Positions 49,171-62,525 of a DNA stretch of 64,000 nt are shown piece after piece. The stretch spans positions 10,840,486 to 10,904,485 of the forward strand of contig NC_069007.1 in the NCBI RefSeq assembly GCF_001194135.2, given 5' to 3'. Numbering within the stretch: the stretch's first letter is position 1; each line of letters opens with the position of its first letter. A program made the translations under genes and the position numbers. The notes under the pieces are model-generated. The model made no database searches. It was given only the letters and a program-made list of their open reading frames with translations, and was not told the origin of the DNA. The DNA comes from Octopus bimaculoides. Lineage: Eukaryota.

Positions 49171-49400
49171 CACGTGTGTGGTGTGTATCTGTATTTTTTT
49201 CTCCGCCATAGCTTGACAACCGATGTTGGTGTGTTTACATCCCTGAAACTTGGCGGTTCAGTAAAAGAGACCGATAGAATAAGTACTAGGCTTACATAGA
49301 ATGAGTTCGATTTGTTTGACTTAAGGCGGTGCTCCAGCATGGCCGCAGTCACATGACTGAAACAAGTAAAAGAATAAAAGATAATAATAAAAGAATGAAA
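48710..49400 (+). mobile_element. SINE A split by insertions in its internal microsatellite
   Basis: 5' half at 48710-48880 and 3' half at 49195-49400, with a PLE-LTR-like piece at 49015-49140 between them. Confidence 0.8.
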
Positions 49401-49472
49401 GAATATGTCCTAGATATCTGTTTTTTGTATCCTTACAATTCCAGAAACTCTCTATAAACAGGCAGCGTTTAA

Positions 49473-49692
49473 CCCTTCAGTATTCACATTAATCTGTTGA
49501 AAGTAATCCTTATTTATTCACTTCGTTTTGAATTAATCAAGCATTATCCTATAGCTTTGAGATTTTGATGAAGTAACTATTTATTTTTAGAATGACATTG
49601 TAGGGCTGGCGTGAGAGGCAAGATCTGGACAATTTGAACATAAAACAAGTTGAATATTTTTGACTGGATATGGCTGGTTTAAAGCTAGAGGG
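49473..49692 (+). mobile_element. Complete piggyBac-type MITE (220 bp)
   Basis: TTAA|CCCT...AGGG|TTAA with TTAA duplication at 49469-49472 and 49693-49696. Confidence 0.85.
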
Positions 49693-49954
49693 TTAAGTTG
49701 ACTTCTTTTCTAGAATTTGTGCTAATTCAGTCAGTTGACTGTTTTAGCTTTCATTTAGTAGTTTTAGTGTCATTCCTCTGAAATATTGGTAACAAATCAA
49801 TTTTATAAATCTGATTGTTTGCCTCATGGGGTAAAGACATATCATACTTCACAGGATTAATTGTAACAATAATTTTCAATTCTTCTTCTTCATATATTTT
49901 TACAAAGTAATTATAACCCTGCTGTTTATATTTCTGCAATCTTGGAAGATCTAT

Positions 49955-50355
49955 ACTCTTTTACTCTTTTACTTGTTTCAGTCATTTGACTGTGGCCATA
50001 CTGGAGCACCGCCTTTAGTCGAGCAAATCGACCCTGGGACTTATTCTTTATAAGCCTAGTACTTATTCTATCGGTCTCTTTTGCCGAACCGCTAAGTTGC
50101 GGGGACGTAAACACACTAGCATCGGTTGTCAAGCGATGTTGGGGAGACAAACACAGACACACATATATATATATACATATACATATATACAACGGTCTTC
50201 TTTAAGTTTCCGTTTACCAAATCCACTCACAAGGCTTTGGTTGGCCCGAGGCTATAGTAGAAGACACTTGTCCAAGGTGCCACGCAGTGGGACTGAACCC
50301 GGAACCATGTGGTTTGTAAGCAAGCTACTTACCACACAGCCACTCCCACGCCTAT
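49955..50355 (-). mobile_element. SINE family A, full length
   Basis: Low divergence from other copies; short internal microsatellite. Confidence 0.9.
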
Positions 50356-50771
50356 AAAGAATGTAAAGAATTTGTTCTTAACTCTTTTAAAATTTCACTC
50401 TAATCTATTCAGCAGGTATCAAAAATATGGACATGTCTGTTATAGAAATGCCTTCCTCCATAGCCTTTGTTACATCAAAATAATGCAGTCGTGGTGAGGT
50501 TGAAAAAGCAGGGCCGGTTTAATGAAATAGTTTTGTGTTCAAGCCTGCTATTGCCCTGCATGTGATCTTTATCTGTAAGTTTATCTCAGAGCTTCACTCA
50601 AGCCTAACCAATGAGCTGCAGATTTGGCTAGATGGGTTACCATACCAGATAGACAATGATTCCGGCTGGGATCAGTAGGGAGAAGGTGGGGTTGTAGAAT
50701 ATGAATATCAGAAATTTTATCAAGACCTGGTTTTACTCTTTCTTTGGTTATCAGGTGTCCAACATATTTAG

Positions 50772-51358
50772 CCCTTTAGCACATTCACATTACTTTGCCA
50801 AATGTAACACTTGTTTATTCACATTGTTTTGAATTAATAAGACATTGTCTGATAAGTGTGAGAGGTGAAATCTGGTTGGTTTGGACATAAACAGGGTGAA
50901 TATTTGGGCTGAATACGGCTGGCTTAACCCACTAACATTCAGATTATTCTGTCAAATGTAATTCTTATTTATTCACATTGTTTTGAATTAATCATGGATT
51001 ATCCTGGGGCTTCAAGATTTCAATGATGTGATTGTTTATCTTTAGAATGACATTGTAAGGTAGGTGTGAGAAGCCAAATGTAGCTGGTTTGAACATAAAA
51101 CAAGGAGGATATTTGGGGCTAATATGGCTGGCTTAAAACCCTTTAGCATTCAGATTATCCCATCAACTGTGATGCTTATTTATTCACTTTATTTTGTATT
51201 AATCCTGCATTATCTCCTAGCTTTGAGACTTTGATGATGTCGTTATTTATTTTTAAAAAGACATTATATGATAGGTATGAGAGGCTGGGTCTGACCAATC
51301 TCAACATAAGACAGACTAAGTATTTAGGCCGGAAATGGCCGGTTTAAATGCTAAAGGG
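50772..51358 (+). mobile_element. Array of three piggyBac-type MITE units
   Basis: Junctions at TTAA 50924 and 51133. Only the last unit has the terminal atgctaaaggg. Confidence 0.8.
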
Positions 51359-51439
51359 TTCAATTGGTCAGCATACAACTAAATTTTTTTAAAATTCAAA
51401 CCTCTGTAGATGGTAATTAATACTCATTCTTTGACTCAG

Positions 51440-52100
51440 AGAATACCAATATGATATTCATAACCCAAATGCTTCTGTAACAGAAGAAAACATCACTTTT
51501 GGACATGAAAGGCTGACCCCTGTGCAAAACATTCAAATAACTGGGCAGGACCATCTCAGATATTGCATGAATGGACCAGGAAATCACATACAGAATGAAC
51601 AGAGCTAGTGCTTTATTTGGCAAGCTTAGGAAAACTGGCATATTTCTATACATATCAAATGTAAGGTATACCTGGCTATAGTGCTTTCTTCCCAGCTGCA
51701 TGGAGCTGAAAGCTGCACAGTCTATAAAGCTCAAGAAGATGATGTTCCCTGCATACTTGTATATGAAGAGACAGCTATGATGAATTATGAATATTATTCT
51801 CTTTGACAAGAGCAGAAGTGAAGAGATCCTCTGGCATGCTAGACTGCCTCCTACAATGAAAATCCTCACTGATAGAAATTTACTGTGGTTGGGTCATGTA
51901 CACAGGATGAACAACAACAGACAACTCTTTTATTCCCATCTATGCAAGGGGAAAAGAAACCATGGGAAACTTTGACTGAAATTCAAAGATACCGCAAAAT
52001 GGAACATGAATTGGAAAGGAATTGATGATAATAAATGGCAAACTCAAACAAAAAAACGACCAGTATGGAGAAAGCTTATCAAGTTATGTCAAAGCCATGA
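51440..52100 (+). mobile_element. RTE-BovB-like LINE, post-RT region
   Basis: MDQEITYRMNRASALFGKLR...KVYLAIVLSSQLHGAES...RNLLWLGHVHRM...LFYSHLCKGKRNHG..LKFKD. Confidence 0.8.
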
Positions 52101-52778
52101 ACAGTCATAGCCGTGATGACTGATTGTTGATAGTGTTATATATTATTAAGGACCACAAATTTTACTGTACATCTCCCGACCTGTTTTCTGACACTTTTTC
52201 TCTATTCTGCTTCATCTCAGTGGAATCTGGTGTCAGTGACCAGATCATAGATCTATAACAACATTTGATGATGTTTAATAATATATATTATGATAACAAA
52301 CTGGTGTAATGTGTTTTAAATGTCTGTTATCATGATGGCTGATGTAATTGTTTTCGTTTCAACATACAATCTCAGATCAATTAATTCACCTACCAAACAA
52401 GTAGATGTCCAATACACACACACACACACACAAATGCATATATATATGTATATATATATANNNNNNNNNNNNNNNNNNNNNNNNNNNNNNNNNNNNNNNN
52501 NNNNNNNNNNNNNNNNNNNNNNNNNNNNNNNNNNNNNNNNNNNNNNNNNNNNNNNNNNNNNNNNNNNNNNNNNNNNNNNNNNNNNNNNNNNNNNNNNNNN
52601 NNNNNNNNNNNNNNNNNNNNNNNNNNNNNNNNNNNNNNNNNNNNNNNNNNNNNNNNNNNNNNNNNNNNNNNNNNNNNNNNNNGTTCTTTTACTTGTTTCA
52701 GTGCTTTGACTGTGACCATGCTGGAGCACCACCTTACCAAAATTACATAAAGATGTCTTGAAATACTAAAGAGCAAAC

Positions 52779-53524
52779 TTATTCAATAAAATCACCATTG
52801 GTTTCAACCACAGCCTCCAGACGACTTCGGAATATCTTGCAAATCTTCTGGATGGTCTCCATGTTTAAGTTGGTGAATGCTGCCATAGTCTTTGCCTTCA
52901 GTTCATCTTTGGTGTTACAAGGAGTTTTGTTGGTCTCTCGCTCAACTGTGTCCCATACATAATAATCAAAGGGGTTGCAGTGTTGGGAGTTAAGTGGCCA
53001 AATGTTAGGGGTGATGTGGTTGCAGAAATTGTCTTACAGCTATGACTGGGTTCTCCTGCTTGTGTGACATGGTGCAGAGTCCTGTTGCCAGACATAGGGT
53101 CTTCCAGCAGCCACCCTCTTGACCCAGGGCAGCACTACCTCCTCCAGGCACTTGATGTAGGCCTATGTGTTGAGTCTGAGGCCGTGTGAGAAGATGAATG
53201 GAGGCATAACATCGCCATCACTAGTGATCATTCCAAACACCATGATGTTGATTGGATGTCTGATTTTTATCACTCTTGGTACATGTCATCAGATTGATAC
53301 CCAAACACTCTGAAACATTTGTATAGGAGCTTCTGGCATGAATGCCAAGCAGTACAGCATATCATTTCCAAATTTCTGGCAGAGTGAATTGCATCCTGGT
53401 GCTGTTTTTTTCACAGATGGTGCCCAACTGACCCTACCATACTGTGTAGTCAACAAAATCAAAAACAATGTGCATGCGCAAAATTAAAAATATACAGTGG
53501 TGACAATTTACCCCTCTCACCCTG
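52779..53524 (-). mobile_element. maT-family (DD37D) transposon, internally deleted
   Basis: VMVFG-like IMVFGMITSDG...WQQDSAPCH-[37 residues between the two Asp, counted]-NPFDYYVW...RLEAVVETNGDFIE*. TIR CAGGGTGAGAGGGGTAAATTGTCACC at 53524. Confidence 0.9.
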
Positions 53525-53585
53525 AAACCTATTGGTAAGATTAGCCATACTGGATATATAAGACTGCACACACCAATTGATAGAC

Positions 53586-53620
<35 letters not shown>

Positions 53621-53759
53621 TGTATGTATATTTGTATGTATGTATATTTATACTGAATTTTTGTTTATACCCTTTTTAGTGTCTTTTTTGTCTTATCTCT
53701 AATTTCTATGTTTCTTACAGTTGTTCTATTTTTCTTGTCCTCACTATAAGTATATATAT

Positions 53760-53975
53760 CATCATCATCATCATCATCATCGTTTAACGTCCGCTTTCCA
53801 TGCTAGCATGGGTTGGACGATTTGTCTGAGGACTGGTGAAACCCGATGGCTACACCAGGCTCCGATCTGATTTGGCAGAGTTTCTACAGCTGGATACCCT
53901 TCCTAATGCCAACCACTCCGAGAGTGTAGTGGGTGCTTTTATGTGTCACCGGCACGAAGGCCAGTCAGGCGATAC
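53760..53975 (-). mobile_element. RTE-clade 3' tail repeat
   Basis: Match to other copies. Confidence 0.85.
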
Positions 53976-53984
53976 TGGCAGTGG

Positions 53985-54187
53985 GTGTTACATTCCAAAA
54001 ACCCCTGTGACAGGAGAAAATCTGCGAAGTAGAAACAGGATTGTACTGTATATTTTGTTGTATTATTTTTATAAGTTGTATATATTTATTTTATTATAAA
54101 TTCAAAACAACAGCACAGAAGAATCGACGTAAGCTTAAATAATAAACTGCGATAGGTGAATCGTGATATAGCGAGGGATTATTGTAT

Positions 54188-54218
<31 letters not shown>

Positions 54219-54608
54219 CACAGTAATCTCTGGACTATTGCGGGTGTTACATCCCCCAAACCCTACTAAGTTAGGTGAAAATCTGTGAAGTAGAAACAGG
54301 ACTGTACTATATAATTAAAAAAAAAATTTTTTTAAAGCAACAAAAATATTCTGACACAAATTAAATTTAAATGTTGAAGTGAATGTAACGGTTATTTGTG
54401 TGTTCTTAAATGGCTTATAAGCATCTTTCACACTGCAATTGTTTTTGTTTCAGCACACAAACTCAGATCAAGTCACTTGCTATGCAAGTACCTCTTCATA
54501 ATTGTATATATTTATTTTATTATAAATGCAAAACAACACCACAGGGGAATCGATATAAGCTTAAATAATAAACCACAATAGGTGAACTGCGATATGGCGA
54601 GGGATTAC

Positions 54609-54611
<3 letters not shown>
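53985..54611. mobile_element. Two adjacent Tigger-type MITE copies (53985-54184 truncated; 54220-54611)
   Basis: Shared blocks gaaaatctg(c/t)gaagtagaaacagga and aagcttaaataataaac...gcgagggatta(c/t)tg. TIR-like cagtaatctct / agggattactg. Confidence 0.7.
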
Positions 54612-54639
<28 letters not shown>

Positions 54640-55326
54640 NNNNNNNNNNNNNNNNNNNNNNNNNNNNNNNNNNNNNNNNNNNNNNNNNNNNNNNNNNNNN
54701 NNNNNNNNNNNNNNNNNNNNNNNNNNNNNNNNNNNNNNNNNNNNNNNNNNNNNNNNNNNNNNNNNNNNNNNNNNNNNNNNNNNNNNNNNNNNNNNNNNNN
54801 NNNNNNNNNNNNNNNNNNNNNNNNNNNNNNNNNNNNNNNNNNNNNNNNNNNNNNNNNNNNNNNNNNNNNNNNNNNNNNNNNNNNNNNNNNNNNNNNNNNN
54901 NNNNNNNNNNNNNNNNNNNNNNNNNNNNNNNNNNNNNNNNNNNNNNNNNNNNNNNNNNNNNNNNNNNNNNNNNNNNNNNNNNNNNNNNNNNNNNNNNNNN
55001 NNNNNNNNNNNNNNNNNNNNNNNNNNNNNNNNNNNNNNNNNNNNNNNNNNNCACACACACACACACACTCATACTCCAAGTTTCATTTCCTTCTGAACTC
55101 GCACACTTAGTTAATTTCTGTAAAAAATTTATATTTGTTTTCTTTTTGCATGCCAGGTCAGCTCTATATATTTGTAGTCAGTCACACATGCACACGTGCG
55201 TTTTAGTATGTACATTTGTATACATTTATGTATGTGGGTGTGTCTGTGTGAGTGTGAGTGTGAGTGATGTGCTGTCATGCATATGTACTGTGCATACATC
55301 ATTTTCTATGTATGTGTGCATGTGTA

Positions 55327-55381
<55 letters not shown>

Positions 55382-55691
55382 TGTCTAAGTGGCACTCTCT
55401 CTCTTTCTCTTTCTCTCTCTCTCACACACATGCACACATACATACAAGAAAGATGTATGCCTATTTGTTTATGTATGTACGTATACATGACAACACACCC
55501 CTTCACTTGCTCTCTCTCTTTCTCTCTCTCACACACACACACACGTCCATTTCATCTGATGTGTTTGATACTGTATGTATATGTATCTGTGTGTGAGTGG
55601 GTGTGTAGGTGTGCGTGTGTGCATATTATGCTTTTTCTTGCAATATATAAGGAAAAATTTCATTCCTGGGCAACACTGGGTGCCTCTGCTA

Positions 55692-55733
<42 letters not shown>

Positions 55734-55766
55734 ATATATAGATGTTTTCGATCTAGTTTGGATTCT

Positions 55767-56194
55767 TTGATGAGTACTCTTTAATAAGTTTCTACTGAGC
55801 GTGACTGATGCTAGTGCCACCAGACTGGCACCATGCTGGTGGCACATAAAAAGTACCATTTGAGTGCAGTCAATGCCAGTGCTGCCTGGCTGGCACCCAA
55901 GCCAGTGGCACATGAAAAGCTCCATTCAAGCGTGGCTGATGCCAGTGCTGGCTGACTGGCACCTGTGGTAGTGGCACATAGAATGCATCATTCAAGCATG
56001 GCCGATGCCATGTAAAAAGCACCCACTACACTTTCGGAGCGATTGGTGTTAGGAAGGGCATCCAGCTGTAGAAACTTTGCCAGATCAGACTGGAGCCTGG
56101 TGTAGCCTCCCGGCCAGCCAGTTCTCAAGCAAACCATTTGGTGGCACTAGCATCGGTCACGCTCAGTAGAAATTTATTAAAGAGTACTCATCAA
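55767..56194. repeat. 56-bp inverted repeat (2 mismatches) bracketing a truncated RTE-tail piece
   Basis: 55767-55822 is the reverse complement of 56139-56194 except at two positions. Confidence 0.9.
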
Positions 56195-56509
56195 TTATTA
56201 AAATTTCATCTTAAACACCACAAAAGTAACATCTTAAATGGAATTTGAAAAAATTATATTCTATTGTAATTACTTGCAATTTCTTAACCTTAACATAATC
56301 TATCTATTTAGGTTGTTCAGAAAATAATGGCCGATTTCAAAGATGAGCAAAAAATGTCTCTATAACTCAGCGGTTCAGCAAAAGGAGATCGACAGAACAA
56401 GTACCAGGCTTAAGAAAACACTTGATACTATCTTATTCTGTTTATTTTTTCACTTGTGTCTACAGAATGTATTTTACATAAAGATTTTTTATTCAAATGA
56501 TTATTTTTC

Positions 56510-56751
56510 ATTTTTTATTTATTTCAGTTATTTGACTGCGGCCATGCTGGGGCACCACCTTGAAGAATTTTTAGTCGAAGGAATCAATACCAGTACTTAG
56601 CTTTTTGTTAAGCCTGGTACTTGTTCTATCAGCCTCTTTTTGCTGAACTGCTGAGTTATAGGGACTTAAAATCACCGACACTCTTTGTCAAATGGTGGTA
56701 GGAGAGAACCACAGACACATACACGCTCAAACACACACACACGTGCACACA

Positions 56752-56783
<32 letters not shown>

Positions 56784-57166
56784 TATGATGGGATTCTTTC
56801 AGTTTCCATCTACCAAATCCACTTGCAAGGCTTTGGTCGGCCTGAGGCTATAGTAGAAGACACTTGCCCAAGGTGCCATGCAGTAGGACTGAACCCAGAA
56901 CCATGAGGTTGAGAAGTAAGCTTCTTACCACACAGCAATGCTTGTGCTTGTTTATATATTCTTTCATTTGTTTCAGTCATTTGACTGTGGCCATACTGGA
57001 GCACCACCAACAAATCGACCCGAGGACTTATTCTTTGCAAGTCTAGTTCATGTTCTATCAGTCACTTTTTACCAAACCGTTAAGTTACAGGGACATAAAC
57101 ACACCAACATCGGTTGTCAAGCGAAGGTAGAGAAACAAACACAGACACACAAGCATATGCATATAC
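56510..57166 (-). mobile_element. Two tandem SINE A copies
   Basis: Full copy at 56510-56945 and 3' part at 56955-57166. Confidence 0.8.
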
Positions 57167-59483
57167 NNNNNNNNNNNNNNNNNNNNNNNNNNNNNNNNNN
57201 NNNNNNNNNNNNNNNNNNNNNNNNNNNNNNNNNNNNNNNNNNNNNNNNNNNNNNNNNNNNNNNNNNNNNNNNNNNNNNNNNNNNNNNNNNNNNNNNNNNN
57301 NNNNNNNNNNNNNNNNNNNNNNNNNNNNNNNNNNNNNNNNNNNNNNNNNNNNNNNNNNNNNNNNNNNNNNNNNNNNNNNNNNNNNNNNNNNNNNNNNNNN
57401 NNNNNNNNNNNNNNNNNNNNNNNNNNNNNNNNNNNNNNNNNNNNNNNNNNNNNNNNNNNNNNNNNNNNNNNNNNNNNNNNNNNNNNNNNNNNNNNNNNNN
57501 NNNNNNNNNNNNNNNNNNNNNNNNNNNNNNNNNNNNNNNNNNNNNNNNNNNNNNNNNNNNNNNNNNNNNNNNNNNNNNNNNNNNNNNNNNNNNNNNNNNN
57601 NNNNNNNNNNNNNNNNNNNNNNNNNNNNNNNNNNNNNNNNNNNNNNNNNNNNNNNNNNNNNNNNNNNNNNNNNNNNNNNNNNNNNNNNNNNNNNNNNNNN
57701 NNNNNNNNNNNNNNNNNNNNNNNNNNNNNNNNNNNNNNNNNNNNNNNNNNNNNNNNNNNNNNNNNTATATATAGATATAGATATATAGATATATATATAT
57801 ACAAATATATTATATGTGTGTACATACACACACATGTCTGTGTGCATGTATGTACCCATCTTCTGTCTATCTATGTATATATATATTATACATGTTCACA
57901 TACATATATAAATATGTATAAAATTATTTTGTACACAAGTTAGCTATTGTCAGTATGTAACCCCTTTCATCACAGAAATTAGTATCTTGGGAGAGGACAG
58001 CATGCTTAAAGATCAGAGTGTTGAAGTTTATTGACACAAATGTTTTATTTCTCACATCCTATACACATACAATTGATCTGTACTGGTTATTCTGAGCAAG
58101 AACTTTCATTTGATGTAATTATTAAACAAAGAATTAACAAAATATAACAAGCTATACAATAAATACAATGTGTAACTAGCAAAAAAATTCCCCAAACAAT
58201 AAAACACATTCATGTGGTGTCCACATTAAGTTTCATGCAAGACCAATTAATGTTGTTAATTCCTTATAGTCTTTTACTGATTTCAGTTACTTACAGTGGC
58301 CATGCTGCAGCACAGTTCTCAATAGGACTTTTCTCAATTATATTGAATGCAGTACTGAAACCATTCTGGTATTCATTTTATCGATCTACGTTTAGCTAAT
58401 GGCTAAGTTACTTTTTAAAATAATAGGATGTCGCTCATACTCACAATTGTACATACCCTCATTTATATGTGTGTGTATGTGTATGCACACATACACACAC
58501 ACACATATGTTCACACATACCCATACATACACTCATACACACATTCACTCACACATACACACTCCTACATACACAAACATACGCATACACACACATAAAC
58601 ACACACATACACACACATAAATGCACATACTCACACACACACACAAATATATACATACATTATTATATATTATCTATTTAAAGGATGCAATACATGTCTT
58701 TAAGTGCTACTAATAGTTTCATATGCTGAGAAATACTCAAACATATTCTTCAGGCACAAACCACATATCATAACGACCCAAAATAATTGAATGAGAGAAG
58801 AAACATGCAAAAAAAAACTGAGAAGGCAGCATATAGAAAATGCAGACAGTAAAATAACGGAAAATGGAAACACAAAAGCTATCATGGAATAGTACATTAT
58901 TNNNNNNNNNNNNNNNNNNNNNNNNNNNNNNNNNNNNNNNNNNNNNNNNNNNNNNNNNNNNNNNNNNNNNNNNNNNNNNNNNNNNNNNNNNNNNNNNNNN
59001 NNNNNNNNNNNNNNNNNNNNNNNNNNNNNNNNNNNNNNNNNNNNNNNNNNNNNNNNNNNNNNNNNNNNNNNNNNNNNNNNNNNNNNNNNNNNNNNNNNNN
59101 NNNNNNNNNNNNNNNNNNNNNNNNNNNNNNNNNNNNNNNNNNNNNNNNNNNNNNNNNNNNNNNNNNNNNNNNNNNNNNNNNNNNNNNNNNNNNNNNNNNN
59201 NNNNNNNNNNNNNNNNNNNNNNNNNNNNNNNNNNNNNNNNNNNNNNNNNNNNNNNNNNNNNNNNNNNNNNNNNNNNNNNNNNNNNNNNNNNNNNNNNNNN
59301 NNNNNNNNNNNNNNNNNNNNNNNNNNNNNNNNNNNNNNNNNNNNNNNNNNNNNNNNNNNNNNNNNNNNNNNNNNNNNNNNNNNNNNNNNNNNNNNNNNNN
59401 NNNNNNNNNNNNNNNNNNNNNNNNNNNNNNNNNNNNNNNNNNNNNNNNNNNNNNNNNNNNNNNNNNNNNNNNNNNNNNNNNNN

Positions 59484-59635
59484 GACTGAGGACTGGCGAA
59501 TCAGATGGCTGCACCAGGCTCCAATCTGATCTGGCAGAGTTTCTACAGCTGGATGCCCTTCCTAACGCCAACCACTCCGAGAGTGTAATGGGTGTTTTAC
59601 ATGCTGCTGGCACGAGGGCCAGTCAGGTGGTACAG
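59484..59635 (-). mobile_element. RTE-clade 3' tail repeat
   Basis: Match to other copies; abuts a gap. Confidence 0.8.
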
Positions 59636-60174
59636 AGAAGGACTAAATTTCAAAACACCAAAATACTCCATTCTTACCACAAGCATTCCTCTTTATTACT
59701 TTGTACTTACCTCAAGTACTCATCTCTGTTAATTTCAATGATGAGGTACAGCTGTCTGATCTACTAGATTAGCTGCTCATTAGATTAATGTGTATGTGGT
59801 TGAGTATTCCACAGACTTGCGTGCTGTTAATGTAATCTTCAGGAAGAATCAGCTTCAAACAGCGTACAACAAGGCTACACCTTTGAAATTATTTACTCTC
59901 ATTGACTCTAACTGTTATTTCTCTCTTTCTTTGTTTTTCTCTCATGTTTTGTTTCATTTAACCTCTATTCTGATGAAAGCCACATCTCTATTCCATAATT
60001 CACATTAGCATTAATTTTGTCTTTATTTTTGTGTGCTCAATCAAAAGACAAAAGACTTAAATGCACTAAAACTGTGCTCATTCTGGACTCCATGGCTGAC
60101 AAGAGGCATTCCATATCTAAATGGTTTTTCTGTTGATTATTTTCCATGTTGTCTCATATGTATATACATACATA

Positions 60175-60214
<40 letters not shown>

Positions 60215-60897
60215 NNNNNNNNNNNNNNNNNNNNNNNNNNNNNNNNNNNNNNNNNNNNNNNNNNNNNNNNNNNNNNNNNNNNNNNNNNNNNNNNNNNNNN
60301 NNNNNNNNNNNNNNNNNNNNNNNNNNNNNNNNNNNNNNNNNNNNNNNNNNNNNNNNNNNNNNNNNNNNNNNNNNNNNNNNNNNNNNNNNNNNNNNNNNNN
60401 NNNNAGTCAGCCAGCTAGCAATAGCATGGTAGGTTATTCCATTAATGTCCACAGCAAAGTTTCCTTTACTCTTTTATTCCTCAAAATGATATCTAATTTT
60501 GCTTTGATTTGAAAAAATTTAGCATTTAGTTAATTCATTCTGTTTTCTAAGAGAACACTTAGAAATCTCTTCTTATCTTCCCAGTTTAAAGATGAAATTG
60601 TGAAGTCCATCCTCAAAACTCTCAACTGCCTGGGGCAATACATCTGATGGCTGGCTTTTCGTTTAAATCCTTTAAAACACTTCTTGTTGTTCACCATCTT
60701 AAGAACAACATAAGAGACCTCTATGTGGGCAGTCAATCTGCTAGAAATAGCAGTGATGTCCCCTCCAAACCTCCACTGTGTTAAACAAGGTACAACATAT
60801 TGGGTGATGTAGTCTTAGGTACCATTAAAAAGATGGGATGGTTATGGTTGGAGTGTCTCATACATTTACTCGACTGAGTTTGATGTGGGCCTAGCAA

Positions 60898-60921
60898 CAA
60901 CAGCAACATCACCATCATCAC

Positions 60922-60959
<38 letters not shown>

Positions 60960-61380
60960 CCATCATCTTCATCATCTTCATCTTCAGCTTCCTCATCTTT
61001 ATCATGATCATCATGATCACCTTCATCATTTTCAATATCATCATCGTCGTCATCGTCATGATCATCATTGTCATCATCATTACCATCAGGATCATCATCA
61101 TCATTGTCATCATCATGATCACCATCGTTGTCATCATCATCATCATCGTCTTCATCATCGTCATTTTCAAGATCATCACCATCACCATTATAATCATCAT
61201 CATCATCATCATCATCATCGTCGTCGTCATCGTCGTCATTATCCTCATCATTATCATTACTATTATCATCGTCATCAGCATCATTGCAATAATGGCATTG
61301 TCAACAAGAGCAGCAATAAAAAACATCATCATCATCACCACCACCACCACCACTGTCACTGGCGCCACTGCTTCTACCAT
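60898..61380. repeat. Long imperfect (CAT)n tract preceded by a family F copy (60720-60905)
   Basis: Directly visible. Confidence 0.9.
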
Positions 61381-61486
61381 TCTTGCCGCAACTACAGCTG
61401 CTGCCACTGCTATTGCAAAATGATGACAATAATAATGAAAACTGTCATCATCATCATCATCATCATAGTCAACAACAGCAATTCGG

Positions 61487-62525
61487 CACAGGAGTGGCTG
61501 TGTGCTAAGTAGCTTGCTTACCAATCACATGGTTCCGGGTTCAGTCCCACTGCGTGGCACCTTGGGCAAGTGTCTTCTACTATAGCATCGGGCCGACCGA
61601 AGGCTTGTGAGTGGATTTGGTAGACGGAAACTGAAAGAAGCCCGTTGTATATATGTANNNNNNNNNNNNNNNNNNNNNNNNNNNNNNNNNNNNNNNNNNN
61701 NNNNNNNNNNNNNNNNNNNNNNNNNNNNNNNNNNNNNNNNNNNNNNNNNNNNNNNNNNNNNNNNNNNNNNNNNNNNNNNNNNNNNNNNNNNNNNNNNNNN
61801 NNNNNNNNNNNNNNNNNNNNNNNNNNNNNNNNNNNNNNNNNNNNNNNNNNNNNNNNNNNNNNNNNNNNNNNNNNNNNNNNNNNNNNNNNNNNNNNNNNNN
61901 NNNNNNNNNNNNNNNNNNNNNNNNNNNNNNNNNNNNNNNNNNNNNNNNNNNNNNNNNNNNNNNNNNNNNNNNNNNNNNNNNNNNNNNNNNNNNNNNNNNN
62001 NNNNNNNNNNNNNNNNNNNNNNNNNNNNNNNNNNNNNNNNNNNNNNNNNNNNNNNNNNNNNNNNNNNNNNNNNNNNNNNNNNNNNNNNNNNNNNNNNNNN
62101 NNNNNNNNNNNNNNNNNNNNNNNNNNNNNNNNNNNNNNNNNNNNNNNNNNNNNNNNNNNNNNNNNNNNNNNNNNNNNNNNNNNNNNNNNNNNNNNNNNNN
62201 NNNNNNNNNNNNNNNNNNNNNNNNNNNNNNNNNNNNNNNNNNNNNNNNNNNNNNNNNNNNNNNNNNNNNNNNNNNNNNNNNNNNNNNNNNNNNNNNNNNN
62301 NNNNNNNNNNNNNNNNNNNNNNNNNNNNNNNNNNNNNNNNNNNNNNNTTGACAACCGATGCTGGTGTGTTTACGTCCCCGTAACTTAGCGGTTCGGCAAA
62401 AAGAGACCAATAGAACAAGTACTAGACTTACAAAGAATAAGTCCTGGGGTCGATTTGCTCGACTAAAGGTGGTGCTCCAGCATGGCCACAGTCAAAAGAC
62501 TGAAACAAGTAAAAGAGTAAAGAGA
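61487..62525 (+). mobile_element. SINE family A spanning a gap
   Basis: Head at 61487-61655 and tail at 62349-62525. Confidence 0.85.

Noticed and set aside
58295-58354. 60-bp minus-strand exon with a GTAAGT donor
   Set aside because: The donor region is a decayed SINE A tail (gtgctccagcatggcc.cagt...actgaaa).
60530-60736. Open frames with acceptors on both strands (MVNNKKCF... on minus; FKDEIVKSILKTLNCLGQYI* on plus)
   Set aside because: The two readings conflict, the region abuts a family F repeat, and nothing discriminates between them.
60781-61524. 247-aa Met-rich ORF
   Set aside because: It is the translation of an imperfect (CAT)n tract following a SINE-like tail.
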